A stretch of 64,000 nucleotides of DNA from Nageia nagi (lineage: Eukaryota; Plantae; Pinophyta), in the NCBI GenBank assembly GCA_050084985.1, contig JBITNC010000002.1, forward strand, positions 19,964,001-20,028,000, in the 5' to 3' direction. The translations under genes were made by a program, and so were the position numbers. Below the pieces are notes generated by a model. The model saw only the letters and a program-made list of their open reading frames with translations. It was not told where the DNA came from and made no database searches. Below are positions 12,052 to 26,260 of the stretch, in pieces (the first letter of the stretch is position 1; the number at the start of each line of letters is the position of its first letter).

Positions 12052-15000
12052 ACAGTCTACCGTTTATCTGACTCCCAAGAAGCTCTATAGGAACAAGAAC
12101 TCTTCATGCAAGCCACTAAATTGGACAGTGATTGTGTCATACAATCCATCAATAGGCTCACCCAAGGAGCTCCAGAGACTCTGTAATGACTATCGCATAC
12201 CAAAACAACCACATTTGAAATGAGCATGCATCGTCATAAATATATATTTTGCATGTCAGAACCAGGCAAGTTACCACATAATGGACCCTGAAAATGACTC
12301 CATAACCAACAGTCTCTCAACATACTATTGTCCTCGAGCAATTTTATGGCACAAACATCATGTGATCTGTTTTAGTTCGTAATCTATCAGTAAAAAATAC
12401 TTGTAAAAAGGAACGATGACAAAACCAATTGCATAATAGTGCATAATACGGGGACTTAATATTAATTATTAAGAGTTCTATGCTTAGAAGCTTCCTGGTT
12501 TCCTTCCCTGCAGAAACAATTAAAACTGTGTTAAGATCAAGGATCACAATACAACTAGGTTTGTTGAGTCTATTTTCAACTTTTGGATTAACAGTCTCCA
12601 AGTATCAGTTGTCAAGATTCTTCCACAACAGATAGACATACAGCACATCAATGCTCCAACAAAAAGAAGAAAATGAACTTCAATTCCAAAGTTGATCAGG
12701 ATAATTTCTAGCTGATACACGTAAACTGCTCAAATACATGAAATTCTTCCAGAATTGCTTCTTAATACAATACCAGAGCTTCATTAGAAATATTCATAAC
12801 AACAAACACAAATGTAAGGAAAAAACAAATTTGACATGAAGAAACCCTCTTGTACCAAAAATCTTCACAGGAAAAATATACATATGAAAAAACAATTGGA
12901 GATAGACGTCACTTTGACGTTAACTATTTTGTGTCCTCCAAAGAAACACTAAGCACTCTTTTGTTGTACTCTACTCATTTGTCCCAATTACTAGCAAAGA
13001 ACCCCCTGTATTTATTATATTTTTCATTTGGTTTCAAGCTCTTCAATGTTAACTAACTCAACTCATTATGATCATGACATCCCGCCATCAAAAAAATCAT
13101 TTCAGCTTCAGGTTTGTCCTGTAATTCCAATGGAGATATTTTCCAACTCTATAAGAGACCAGAAAGTTTCTGCCACCTAAGGGGATAGAAGGTGTTGGAA
13201 TTTTACATATTATAATAGAAATATAAATAGAATAGCATGTATGAAGTTGGAACATGTGGATCAAACTTGAAGTGTTTGATTAATTGTATTTGTACAAACA
13301 TGAATCCAAATAAATACAGAAGTGGGAGTTACATTGACATATCATTCAAGTCCTCAACTAACTAACTATTCAAATCCCATGTCATTACTCCAGTAGGCAA
13401 CAGATTCGACAATTTGTCTAATAATATAAACATCTAAAAATGTTAAATAGTAAATATTCCTTGCTAAGATGAAATAACCAACATCCTGCCTCCACTCCAA
13501 CCGCTCTCTTCATCCAGGCAGGGTTAAATACCAAATTAGAGACACATGATTGTGAATGACAATCAGTTTATCAATCATGTTAACTAGACACAACGGCTTA
13601 CAGTTCACCATGTAACTCTTGATCTTGTGAATTGGAGACACACTCAACAACCCACCATCCTAACTCATCCCACGTTTGTTGGAGCCCCTTTGAAAAGTGA
13701 ATACAACCACGTTTTGTATCAAGAACTTAAGAAACACTTGAGAAACCTAAGGAAATTTACCATTCATAAATTGAAGATATACTTCAGAATTTCCAAAACA
13801 TTCCATCAGCACTTCACAGCTCCAATTGGACACTAAAGAAACTTCACAGTATCCAAGACATCTCACAATTCTTAAGTTTTGACTATAACTAAAAAAAACT
13901 AAACTGGACTTGACCCCAAGTAAAACAAAATTTGACTGAATTATAAAACAAAATAGGAAAGAAATTTGATTTGGTTACGGGCCCAGTGTAGTCAGGAGAT
14001 TATATGATCGCGTCTAATTGTCCATGTCCAAATATGTTTCTAGAGGCCATATCTTTCAAATGATGAAAGAGATTTGAGATTGTTTTTCTCAAACTTTGCG
14101 TATTTTTCAAGATCCATGCAATTGTGCTATCCTTGTTTGCCTCCTCAATGATGCGTACCCATGCAAACACTTAAAAAAGTATCATGACCATTGTGAATCC
14201 CAAGCAGAAAAAAAATTGAACTAGACAACCTTTGGCAGTTGTACCATTTGATCCATTAAGAGTTTGGAGTCAATTGTTTACCGAGTGTCATGTGTTTTCA
14301 AGCTCTATGCATTGGTTTGATCCATTCTTGTCCGAGAATTTGCATCTCTGCACAAATAAAAAACAATGTCAAGAGGCTTGACTCCTACCAAAAGAACAAA
14401 CCGTGATACTTGCATGTTGCAATTTTGGAACTTCATTACTTTTCCTTGGACTCACAGATATAGTATGCAATGAATATATGATAGAATATTTTGGTTCGCA
14501 TAAAAATATATAGATTCAAATGCTGACAATCTTCAAAATTAAAAAGGAAGACTTCTAACTTGGGACAAATAAGGAGCTTCAGAAACTAGGAGATAAAAAA
14601 TTTATAGAAGATTCTTGGAAATATAAAACGAATACATTTCAGTTTGCATGAAAAGATGACAACTCGTGTATTATTTGTACTGATGCATGTATATTGGCAA
14701 TTGACTGGACTGAAACAAACCTTACTGACAGAAATGGCATAGAGTTTCGAGAGGCTGAATCCACAACTCTTTATGGGATGTAAGTTACCCAAAAAGATTG
14801 TTTTAACTTCTTCCAAACAATTTTCAGACTATAAAAACATTATTGCTACAAAAATTTACAATGGAAACCAAAACCCATTGTTTAAGGCAAACTTACAAGT
14901 AGTAAGAAAAATTGATAGCAACTATTCAAAAACAAGCTCAATCAGTTTCTCCTCTCATATCACATGTTGGAGTCATATTATCAGTGATAATAAATAGAGT

Positions 15001-15589
15001 ACCGTGTGCAAAGTCATAAGAAATGGAGAAAAAATAAAGCATTCAATCAATTGCATTATATACAATGATGAATTCGATATTATAAATATGTATAAAAGTG
15101 GAAGTATTGGTCATTGTAGTCACTTGAAATTATATTTTAACAATCTAAAACTGATTTTGTTTAAGCGATTTGCTTGATTTATGTAAAAAATCAATTTGTG
15201 CCCACTTATGTAAAATTCTTAAAGTTAGCATTATCTTATATGCACAATGTTCTAGATCCTGGTTGGACAAATGAAAAATCACAGGAAATCATGATTGGGC
15301 ATGTAAGATAATGCTAACTTTAAGAATTGTTTGCAGCATTATTGTGGGAAAGTTGAGGTTGGCCTTGGGAACTATGCCTTCTATGATTGTGTGGCTCTAT
15401 TCTTCGCCCACACACTTGATCTTTGGGTGGTGATCCCATAGAGAGAGTGGTGATCCCATAGAGAGGAAAAATCTAGCAAAGATTTTTTGTTCCTCATTCA
15501 AATGCACAACATGGGAGAAATAAAAGGTCAATGCAACCACAAATAATTGGAACTATTGGAACATTCCTTTTAATGTTGTAAATAATCTT

Positions 15590-15722
15590 ACTAGGATACC
15601 ATGGTGATAGCATTCATCATAGTTGGAAGTGGGATGAAGCCTCCTACCTCAAAGGATTTGAGCAATCCTTTGCTTGAGGATGCAATTGCCAACACACATG
15701 CCCTATTAGATGAAAAGAAAGA
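15590..15722 (+). mobile_element. hAT transposase relic (segment preceding DUF659)
   Basis: MVIAFIIVGSGMKPPTSKDLSNPLLEDAIANTHALLDEKK resembles the hAT motif G.G.KPPS..EL..PLL. Confidence 0.55.
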
Positions 15723-15794
15723 TAGAAAGAAAATATATTAATGTCCAATGGTGACCAAAAACAATCAATGGGACTAGAGTATACATAGTAGGTG

Positions 15795-18700
15795 TGTTGG
15801 CAATTTTGGGTCGAGGTTGATACCCACTAAAGCCAAAACAAAAACACTAAAATATAAAAGATACACCAATCTACAAAATGGGTTGAAACTCTAAAAGCGA
15901 GGTCGAAAATACAAGAAGGAATAGTATGAAGCTACAAAGAGTGTGATGATGCTCTCAACGGTGATGTTGTGTTAAGGTCTCTTTGATTTCTAGAACCAAC
16001 ACTTCTATCAACTTTGAAGAAGGATGTAATCTATCGAGACCTCAAAGGAATATGGGTGTCATGTAGGCATCTCTTGGTGCGTCGGGAAGGAGGGAGAGAG
16101 ACATTCCTCCTATAGGACCCCTCCTCAAAGATGAGTTGGAAGAAGGATGTAATGTGGCAATCTATGCTCGGATGTTGGGTGTGGAATAAGAGGTGTTTCT
16201 AAAGACATCTCTTAAGATGATTCCTCTACTATGATTTATTATTTAATTGATTTTTTGCTGATATTATTCTTCTATTACTCTTCAATTATATTACTTTAAG
16301 ATATTTGGGATAATATTTTGTTATTTTATTATTGGATTCATTACATTCTTGCAAGTTCTTCACAAGGGCAACAACATAAAACACTTCATCAAATTTTGAA
16401 TCCTTTTTATATTGGAATATGGCCTCAAGTTCTCTACCTCGACCATAATCCAAAAGAGGCAAACTAAAAACACTTAAATTCCATTTTAACTATATAAAAA
16501 TGACTTTATTTGAGTGTGTTGTGGCTTCCACAACATGCCCCTAATTTTAGCAAATTCAAGAACCCACAAATTGTGGCAAAAAGGCACCTGTTTGAATGGA
16601 GGGACCAAGAGAACAACTTCACATGATTGGGGATACTAGGGTTCAGGATAGGTGAAGAGTGGCAAAGTACTCTCTGCAACCTGCAATTCAAAATTTTGGC
16701 TAAGTCCCATTCAAGAGCATCCTCTTGGGGAGACAACATCCATATCCCCTCCAAGATTTATGCCAACCTTTCAGGGACCTCAAATGACCAATACAAATGA
16801 TCAAGGAAACAAAACTAGCTAGGTACCACACATTGCAACATCCCAAAGCCTAGGTGCAAATGTAAAGAGTGGCAAGGTTCTTTATTCACTTTGGATCTCC
16901 CCCAAGCCAGTTGGGTGCAAATGTGAAGGGAGACAAGGTTCTTGACTCACTTCGGATCTCCCCCAAGCTAGTTGGGCACAAATGTGAAGAGAGACAAGGT
17001 TCTTGACTCACTTCGGATCTCCCCCAAGCTAGTTGGGTGCAAATGTGAAGAGAGACAAGGTTCTTGACTCACTTTGTATCTCCCCCAAGCCAGTTGGGCA
17101 CAAATGTGAGGGGAGACCAGGTTCTTTACTCACTTCAAATCTCCCCAAGTCAATCTCCTCTTCCAGGCGCAAATCCAAACTAACACAAGGATGGTGACCT
17201 ACAGAAGACTTGCGCTACCCCTCTAAAGTCACCAGGGGGACAATTTCAAGCAACAAAGAAAAATTTTGGCTTAGTTTGAAGCATTTCTCCCTAGGCGCAA
17301 GTCTGGGTGGAGACAAGCTTCATGAATCCTCTCACACTTGCGCCAAGCTTTCCTCCTCTTCTTGAGTGCAAGTCCATGCCAAGACAAGCTCTTTCACCTC
17401 TTCAAGACCTGCACCAGCCTTGCATGGTCCTCCCCATCAGCATGAAGTCCCCAAAAGAGAAAAAATCACAAGTTAAAGGCATATTCATTCCTCGCGCAAG
17501 TCTAGACCATGACAAGAGTTTTGACTCCCCAAAGATATGTGCCAATCCTAGTTGTCTCTCTTTGGCGCAAATCCAAACCAAGACAAGGTTGTTGACTACC
17601 AGAAGACTTGCGCTAGGCTTCTTCACTCCTTTTGGCATAAATCCAGCCGAAGACATCCATCTTGTCTTCCCCAAACCTTGCACAAGGCTTATACTTCCTC
17701 TTCTTGGATGCAAACTCAAGGCAAGACCCTCTTAACACATGCATTGGGTTCATATTCTTCCTCCTTGGCGCAAGAGTCATAAGAGACAAACTTCATGACC
17801 TCCATGATACCTACGCCAAGCTTCTAGGCACATGTCCCAACCAAGACACATTTCTTGTCCTCTTGGAAACCTACACTAGCCACGAAGTCACATCTTGAGT
17901 GCAGGTTGTGACCCAGACAAGCATCATGACCATCCAAACACCAGCGCCAGGCTTCTAGGTGTAAGTTCAAGTTGAAGGCAAGTTCAAGAACGGGGACATC
18001 CACAACAGACAACTAGTGAAGGTTCTGAGCCAAGTGCTGCAAAGGTGAAAAGGGGTAGATGAACTCATGGGTACCAGTTGATGGAAGTCGTGGCATCTTG
18101 GAAACAATATTTTTAATTTTGTTTTACGCATAAATTATTATTTTGGACTCCAAATTTTATATATTTTTGTTAAAGCCTTGTAATGGATGAGGATTTGCTC
18201 CCACAAGTGTGGATTTGATCTTGTAGTGCCATGTGGCATCTTTTTATTTGATCGTTGATAATTAGGGTTATTTTGAATAATTTTATTTTAATTTACATTA
18301 GGGTTAGGGCAACTCATAGGGTTGCCATCCAAAAACTATAAATAGCCCAAAAGGGCTCATTTTGAGGGGGGGTGAAAAATTTACATTTGAGAGCTATCTA
18401 ATTCTTTCAAGCCAACAACTTTTCATTTGTAAATTGTGGGATACTCTTGAATACATATTGCTACACTTCATTTCTAGTGGCCATTGACATGTTGTGCATA
18501 TGAATGTTTATTGCTTAATGAATGTTAAGTGAATGGCATTGCTTTCTTATATTACTTATGCTACTTGGTTCATTTCATAAATCTCTTAAGAGGTGGATGA
18601 AAGAGTGCTTGCATATCTTAACAAGTGGTATGCGTGGTATTTGCATAGTGATGATTGATGGCTTGCTATTAGACTTGTGCAACTTTGGAGTGTTCTCTTT

Positions 18701-19190
18701 TATGTTGTTTGCCCTAGGAACTTCACTCGTGTGTTGAAAGAGCTCATAAAGTCATATCATTCTCCATTGATACCCCTTTGAGGTCTTGCTCCCTCTCTTA
18801 GACCATTTGTATTGTTAGCTAAAGAGAGGATTAAGAGTGCGTGGAACCTAGACAAAGCCTGAAAGAGGTTGGCATCCAGACCCTACACTGGTCGATGGAG
18901 TGTGATGCAAAAGTGTTGAAAGTATATACCCAACACATCTTGTTTTTCTTTTATTTTTCATTTTTTTGGCAACTTTTGCAACCACATTGTAGTCATAGAT
19001 GAGAAATAGCCCTTACCAAGGTACTAGACAATCTGAGTCCTTGAAAACAGATTTTATTTAATATGGTGACAGCTTCAAACATCTTGAGCATTCTCTGAGC
19101 CCTATTCCTACCACCCAAGAGAAAGATACCTTTGAGGTAACCAGTCCTCGTAGCGGAGGAGAGTAACGCCTTCTCACCTGAGGTGTTGGA
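15795..19190 (+). mobile_element. Large LTR-like element related to 3822-10030, largely lacking the accessory ORF
   Basis: Starts TGTTGGC. Shares GATGAGGATTTGCTCCCACAAGT, CTATAAATAGCCC and GGTAAC.AGTCCT..GCGGAGG with the reverse complement of 3880-4900. Internal tandem arrays. Ends not fixed by a TSD. Confidence 0.55.
16857..17150. repeat. 61-bp tandem repeat, about 5 copies
   Basis: Units CAAATGTGAAGAGAGACAAGGTTCTTGACTCACTTCGGATCTCCCCCAAG... start at 16857, 16918, 16979, 17040 and 17101. Confidence 0.92.
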
Positions 19191-20619
19191 TTTCTTCTGG
19201 AGTGATTTGCTTGATTTATGTCAAATGTCAATATGGGCCCATTTTGGATAATTCTAAGCCAACTTTAATGAAATTTCTAAGCTAGCGCTATCTTATAGGC
19301 ACAATGTTTTGGATGGGTCCACCTAGGTGAACTCAAAATCAACTTTGCGAAACCTATATAAAGCAATCTCACATGCTCATTTCAAATATTATGATCAATC
19401 AAGATCAAAGAAGCAAGTAATTATCATCAATTAGCCCAACAATATCATCAAAAACATCAAAGATGCCAAAAGCTTGAATCACATATTGAAACAAGCACCC
19501 ATGCCAAAATGCCTCACATTTTGGCACCCAATCCCCAATGCCCAATATTTTGGCTCCTAGTCCCAAAATGCTTACCGCTTTGGCACCATAGGCCCAAAAC
19601 GTGAACATTCTAGCCCCAAGCTTCAACAACCTCCATAGTTGAGCCAAGCTAGCATGTGATGCTTACGCATCTATTCTAACATCATTTGAAGCATAATTAT
19701 CATTTGAGAATCATCGTCAAAATTATCATTTCAAAATCATCCCTAGAATCAACTTCATAACTATCCAAATCTATCATCTAGTTGTAGCTAAAGTTTTCCC
19801 TCCAAGATTGCAAGTTGTTTGCCAGCAATTAGCAAGCCTCCATTCCTATCTTCTTTGCATCTTCTCTTATGCATTCGCATGATCATAATTGCTAGATCAT
19901 ATACAGCATATTGCTATTAATCAAGTTTCATTCCATAGACAAATAAATGTGCATTTTTTAATACATTGTTCCTTATTTTTGCATCTAGTAGCACATCTTC
20001 CCAACTAACTTACTTCATGATTTTGAGACACTAAACTAAACGAGTTCACAATTTATCTAATAACCAAAAAAGTAATTATAATACATAGCAAATACTCCTA
20101 TGTAAGATTAAATATCCAATGGAAGGTTTGAACATTTTCCCTACCTAAAGAACCTAAATGAGGGTTTTATCAAATGTGTGTGTTCCAAGTCTGTTGTTGC
20201 TATAATACTAATTCTGGAAAGGCTGAAATATTAAGGGGAATTAAGAGAACAACTTTCTATGCAGGAGTCGCATTTTCAATCAACTGACCATTAACCAAGG
20301 GCATCAAGTGGTATTTTCTATTTGTCATATTTGATCTTACTCCCACTAACTTAATATCCAATTACTCTATTTCAAGTCAGCTTTATTACTGTTGTCATAT
20401 GTGCAAATTGTAAGCCAAAGTACTATAGCTGTAAGGGATGAAATTAAGAAATGAAATAAGGTATGGTTTGGCATCACATGCATAATGCATATACGAATAG
20501 GAAATAAGAATTAACTCAAAGAATTAGTTATCAATTTGTAAATGAAGAGTGATTAATGATTATCCAAGTAATGAAAATACAATTATTTTGCATTAAGATG
20601 TATAGAAAACCACAACTTT

Positions 20620-20955
20620 TTGGCTACACAGATTACAAGGAACGTAATACAGAGAAACATTTTAAAAACACAAAACATCATATAAACCTATGTTACATGG
20701 GTACCCGTACCGACCCTTAGAACCCTTATACCCCCAAATGTCACGTTTCGGGTACTTGGGGACATGTACAAAACAAACCCCTCCCATATCTGTTTTGGCT
20801 ACATAGATAACAAGGGACGTAATAGGGAGAAACATTTTAAAAACACAAAACATCATATAAACCTATGTTACACGGGTACCCGTACCGGCCCTTAGAACCC
20901 TCATACCCCCAAATGTCACGTTTTGGGTACTTAGGACAAGTACAAAACAAACCCA
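20620..20955. repeat. 175-bp tandem duplication spanning the hAT left junction
   Basis: Flank, TSD and TIR occur twice (TIR starts at 20688 and 20863). Confidence 0.9.
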
Positions 20956-21761
20956 TCCCATACCCAACTCAACAAATGCTCTAAATGTCCCACATTTGGG
21001 GCAAGACTCCTAGGCATCTGCAATACGGTTGAGGTACTTGTATACCCTAGACATCTCGAAAACATCCAAACATCCTGGGGACTTCTAGGCATTCTATGAC
21101 ATTGGGGGTAATCTTGGTCATACCCCAACGGTAACAAAGACACGTAGGAGTACTCCGGAGACCACACAACTAGGCAGTTAACTAAGTTGAAAAAAAATAA
21201 AAATAAAATAGTAGTTTTTGTCTCCAAGAGCAGAAAACACTAGAGTATAAATCCGCTCCAGCTACATGATGGGATATTGACCATGAGGATATGAGACAGG
21301 TATATGCAGATGATGATATGACGTTGGTTGGGGTCCCACTAGTTAGGACAGGTGATTTGAATGGCAATGATGATGAGGATGAGCATGTGGGGATTCCAAA
21401 TCCTATGGAATATGAAGACTTAGAAGATGAAGATAAATCATAATAAATTGAAATTCATATGGTTTGTTTTGACAGTTTTGTAACTTTGTCTCAGAAATGA
21501 TATTGAAATATGATTTGAATTTATGAATTTAACATGTTTCATGTTTTATTGTTCAAAACATCAATGTATTATCATATTATGTTTTCAAAAGAATATTTAA
21601 AAATAAAATATTTCGATATTTTAATTGCTTTATATATATTTATTATATTTTAATATTGCTGCACCCTCGTCGTACCTCGTAATACCCAAAATCCGGCCCA
21701 TGTCAAACCTATCTCGAAAAGCATTCTATCATACCCATATTGAAGACTTCATGGAACATAG
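20863..21761 (+). mobile_element. Non-autonomous hAT DNA transposon (899 bp)
   Basis: TIRs CTATGTTA / GAACATAG. 8-bp TSD ATATAAAC (20855-20862, 21762-21769). Subterminal GTACCCGTACC motifs. Internal acidic transposase C-terminal relic (WDIDHED...DDEDE). Confidence 0.85.
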
Positions 21762-24237
21762 ATATAAACCAAGCATCTTACTAAAGGAATCAATCTTCTG
21801 TAGAAATCTTGTGCATTCCTTCCCTTCATTGTTTGAGTTATGAATATTGAGATATCAAGCTCTAAAACAGTTTTAAAACTCACCTCAGTGAAAAGCAGAA
21901 ATATTATCATTCATTTTCCAAGCCTATCGTTTAACCTGAAAGTCAATGCCTTTAAAGCATCATAAATTCAAACACCATAGTTCAGACTGGCTCAAATATG
22001 TCCAGGATCATTCTGGGGAAAACGTTTTGGACAGACCAAATAGAGTTAGTTCAGAACAATTTTAATTTTTTTTATCAAAAAGCAATGTCCTTTTTCTTAC
22101 ATATTTTAATATTTTTCACACAAAATAGTAATTTTTTATAATACTACAATTAACCAAAACTTTTCAAAAACCAAACCTCTGAAATTACCCCCTCCCATTT
22201 GGACTAAACTTTCTGTATCAGGTAACTACGTCGAACACCAACTTCCCAACAAAGTAATGAACACTGTAGTGTGGTTCTCAACTGCATCAGATCTAGCATC
22301 ATTTTACTCCTCTTGCTCCCACTAGACTCCCCTTTCAGCTGCATCCCAACTCCATGTTCAGTTGAACTTATGATCTTCATGTTGTATTTATCACACTCTG
22401 TTCAATGGCCTTTCTAATGCCTTTTTTCAATTAGAAGCAATGAAGGACAGCCACCTCATTTCTGTTTGCCTCTATGAGACAAAGTCCTCCTCTTTCCTCA
22501 ATCCTTAGGTGCTTCCCCTAACTGACTTGCTGTAACCGTATGCTCCTTGTCCACACACAAACAACATTGATTTTGCTTTCAGCTTGTATGGCAGTTTCTT
22601 TCATAGTAAAAAGAATGAATGAGGAGATTGAAACAGGTCTTGAGGTAAAAATGGAATAAACAATCAAATCATATTCTGAGTTGCGAACTACCAACAGTCA
22701 TTGACAAAAGTATCTCACAAAACATAGCCAAAACTATTGAACACTTCTTGAATCATCAACAAGCTCAGGGGAACTAAAGAAAAGAAAAACATAGAATTCC
22801 CCAGAGATGTGCCTTCACTGATAAACTACTAGACAAGCAAAGAGAATGGAAGAAACATGCAAAGGGAGATTGCTCTTATGAAAGCACCTTGAAGCTTGGG
22901 TGTCCAAAGCAAGAAAACCACAAGAGCAGTGCAAAATGTGAAGTGTGAACCATGAAATATGAGTAAGAGATAAACCTGAAAAAATCCCAAATAAACTCAT
23001 ACAGATCACCATTGACAACATGTACTTTGTTTGGATCCTCCTCCTGATTGCATGAGATTCTGAAATCCATGGGAATATGATAAATACACAATCTTTGATT
23101 AACAGATTAACAATATTGGGATTTTGAAGGAGGATCCATGTATCTTGTTTTGAGAAATGTAGTTGTTACAAGCAATTGTCTTATGAGCTTTTCATTGAAG
23201 TAATATCATGCGTTATCCTTCAAATCTCTTGTGATCCTTTACATGGTTCATTTAAGTGTTTATTGCTTTGAGAGTTTCATTACAACTGTTGTTCAAAATA
23301 TGCAAAACTCTAATAAAGTCTGCTATTGCGTTAGCGTATCATTTGATATGGGCATCATAAGCTCCCTCCAAGCCTTTAGAGATAGCAACAGTGTAATTTT
23401 ACAATGCTATCAACCTGCTATGTCATGCATCTTTTGCAGGTAGTGTTGACCACAAATCGAGACGAACCCTCATAGATAATGATGTTCTTCGTGTAGAAGT
23501 ACTTGGTAAATTTCATACCATGAACTAGGGCTTTCCCTACTTGCATATCATTAATTCAAAGTCCCCTAACATTTTCCTAACACCTTCACTTAGTTTTAAA
23601 GTTCTTTCAACTGTAAATGGGCCTGGCTTTAGCAGCATCATGAAAGATGAGTTTAACTCAATCTTTATCCTATATATTTCACTTGACCAAGAAGTATTAT
23701 TATCTCATCTTACTCCCTTAACAAGGATAACAATGTACAATGTACTAATAATATTACATATATAAATTTATATATTGTACATGATATACTTACGGCTAAC
23801 TTTAAAGAAGTGTAATTCTTAGAAGTTTTGAAATCCCAGGGAATACTTTTCGGTGTTTAAACTCTCAAATTATGTATGATAAAAGTCTATCATAAGTTTT
23901 TCCATAAGCACTTTTATACATTTTATATAGAAATTTGGAAAATAATCACCAAAAACCATATTAATTTATAGTAATTGAGGTGAACATTAATATCCAAAAA
24001 AATAGTACTCTCTACAGAAAGATATATATAACTTATTGTAACATGTTATATGTTTTACATGTCCAATTGGGCATGGCCTTGTGACCACGCAGAGCATTTT
24101 TCATGATGATGCATCAAGTTCAAATCATGCTAGGCATCCATCCATGTTAAAGAAACCACATTAATGGAGGCCATACGAGAACAAGGATGGGTCCAACTCT
24201 GAAGAAAATTTGACAAAATAGAAACCTCTCAAACATG

Positions 24238-24239
24238 AC

Positions 24240-24279
<40 letters not shown>

Positions 24280-24392
24280 TTCTTTAGATTTCACTATGGT
24301 GAACCGATACCCATAACCATGTACCACAATCACTATGGCTCTATTTCAAGAGGGGAAAATTGCAGTCACTCCCATGCTTGAATTCTCATATA

Positions 24393-24436
<44 letters not shown>
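24238..24436. repeat. Microsatellites (TA)n(GA)n and (TA)n
   Basis: About 24238-24279 and 24387-24436, directly visible. Confidence 0.95.
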
Positions 24437-24439
<3 letters not shown>

Positions 24440-25003
24440 TATATTATTTCATGAAAAATGCTTTAGTTTGCACTGCACTACTTGAAAAATCAGAATTGTT
24501 ATAAAATTTTAGATGTTCATGTTTTCTTTCCGTTTATGTTGTACAGCACAATGAAAATCGTAGGAATTCTAATACTTAGAAATTAAATGACAGAGCTGCA
24601 ACCCTAACACTGTAGAAACTCTATTTGAACCAAATATAGAGATACACAGCTCCACTCCATTTTCAAAATTGACTCATGGTATTAAACCTACTTTCACATA
24701 TCCATAGAAATTATACAATTCAATTGCGAGCTCTTTGAAGATGAACAAACAAATCCATTATTCATTGTCTTTAGGAGAATATCCGTGTGAAAATGTTAAA
24801 CTGTCTCTGTTTGCTTTAATAAAGACACTAGCAGCAGTAAAAATCAAAGTTGTAAATAAGTGAAATAAAACAAAACAACATTAAAATTAAATTGTAAATA
24901 AATGCCATCCAAATTTCTCTTTAAGTATTTTTTTCTGATAGAACATTGTGTGAAAAGAAGAGGAGAGATAAATTCTCTATAAGTCTGCTTATACAACACC
25001 CAC

Positions 25004-25245
25004 CCAATACATTGCAGTCTTAGCTTCTGAAGCTATATCTTGCCCACCTCTATCAATAGCTTTTAGGATTCTATCATGACTCAGGGGCTCTGCTTCAAGA
25101 GTTGCAAATTTAGAAACGGTGCTCAATACTGCCTCAACAAGAGAACCAGAGATCCCAATTTGGTGACAATTTTGAAGGTCCAATAGCAGCTGGCTGGAAT
25201 CTTCTTCTGCCACTAGAGGAATAGAAGGAAATAACCTGCTTAGCT
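25004..25245 (-). CDS. Exon 4 of the PAP-specific phosphatase gene
   Basis: Acceptor TTGTAG|AG (phase 1, matches exon 3), donor TGG|GTGGGT. Translates ELSRLFPSIPLVAEEDS...ILKAIDRGG...YW, including the metal-binding AEED motif. Overlaps ORF 24989-25213. Confidence 0.93.
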
Positions 25246-26166
25246 CTACAACAACAATGAAAGGTTTAGCATGTTGGCAAACCTTGGACGTACATTAGTC
25301 ATTTCATATTACTTACGTTTATAAGAAATACTATGCTTTCCACAGTATTGGTGTAGAATTTATCATGTAGCCCAGTTTTGGAAACAGGAAGGTACAATCC
25401 AAAAGATACGTACTAATGTATATTTACCAAGGGGAGAATCCATGAAAATGCAGAAGAATATATTCTGATTTAGTTTTATGCTATAAAAATAGCAACCGAT
25501 GTAACATATATTGAAAAGCATTTTTCAAACATAAAAGTTTTCTGTCAACTCAAGATGTAAATTGACATAGATGAAGACTATTGCACCATCAACGTAGGAC
25601 ATGATTAGATTGAGATTCCTTGTTATTAGAGAAATTCTTTTATGCCTAGAGCTTTATGTAAGGTTGAAGATTATTAGACAGGAATGCAATTGGGGCTGTT
25701 TTGTTTCTAGTTAAATGAGAAGCACACAATATTCATATGACCCTTTCTATTTGACATGTACTTCTCTCCAACTATCTCACTCACCAAAAGAGATAACCAT
25801 GCCAAAAAAATGCATCCATAAATAAGGAGCACAATCAACATCTAAGAAGTTGAGTCATGTTTGCAATGATTATCATAGAGCTGCACATCATGGAACAATA
25901 GGGTAAAGCCCCCACATATTGGAGTAGTAAATATCACAGAGCAAGCATATCAGATAGGAAAGGGTCATTAAATTCATATCTCCCAGACAATGCAAAAACA
26001 ATACATTGTAAACTCAGCCACTATCAGCTACCATACCTAAAGGAATCACTCTACAGTTAAATACATATTAGCTACTAACAAAATAGGTCCACACATAGTG
26101 TTCAAATCATATACCAAGGTCAATGAAAGGTTCAAATATGATGTAGTTCTCAAGAGAAACATCAAC

Positions 26167-26260
26167 AGCCTTATTAATTGCTATGAACCTCCTTAAGCAG
26201 CCTTGTTAATTGCTATGAACCTCCTTAACCAGCCTTGTTAATTGTCATGAACCTCTTAAC
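26167..26260. repeat. 32-bp tandem repeat, 3 copies
   Basis: CAGCCTT(A/G)TTAATTGCTATGAACCTCCTTAA(G/C). Confidence 0.9.

Noticed and set aside
12050-13200. Possible nested gene fragments with splice-like sites
   Set aside because: No frame gave a recognisable protein and stops occur in all frames examined
13980-14350. Possible zf-BED/hAT N-terminal relic on the minus strand
   Set aside because: Similarity too weak and no termini found, so not listed as a feature
16857-17150. CRISPR-like array (also 42230-42470)
   Set aside because: Units are contiguous tandem repeats without unique spacers, in eukaryotic TE context with no cas genes
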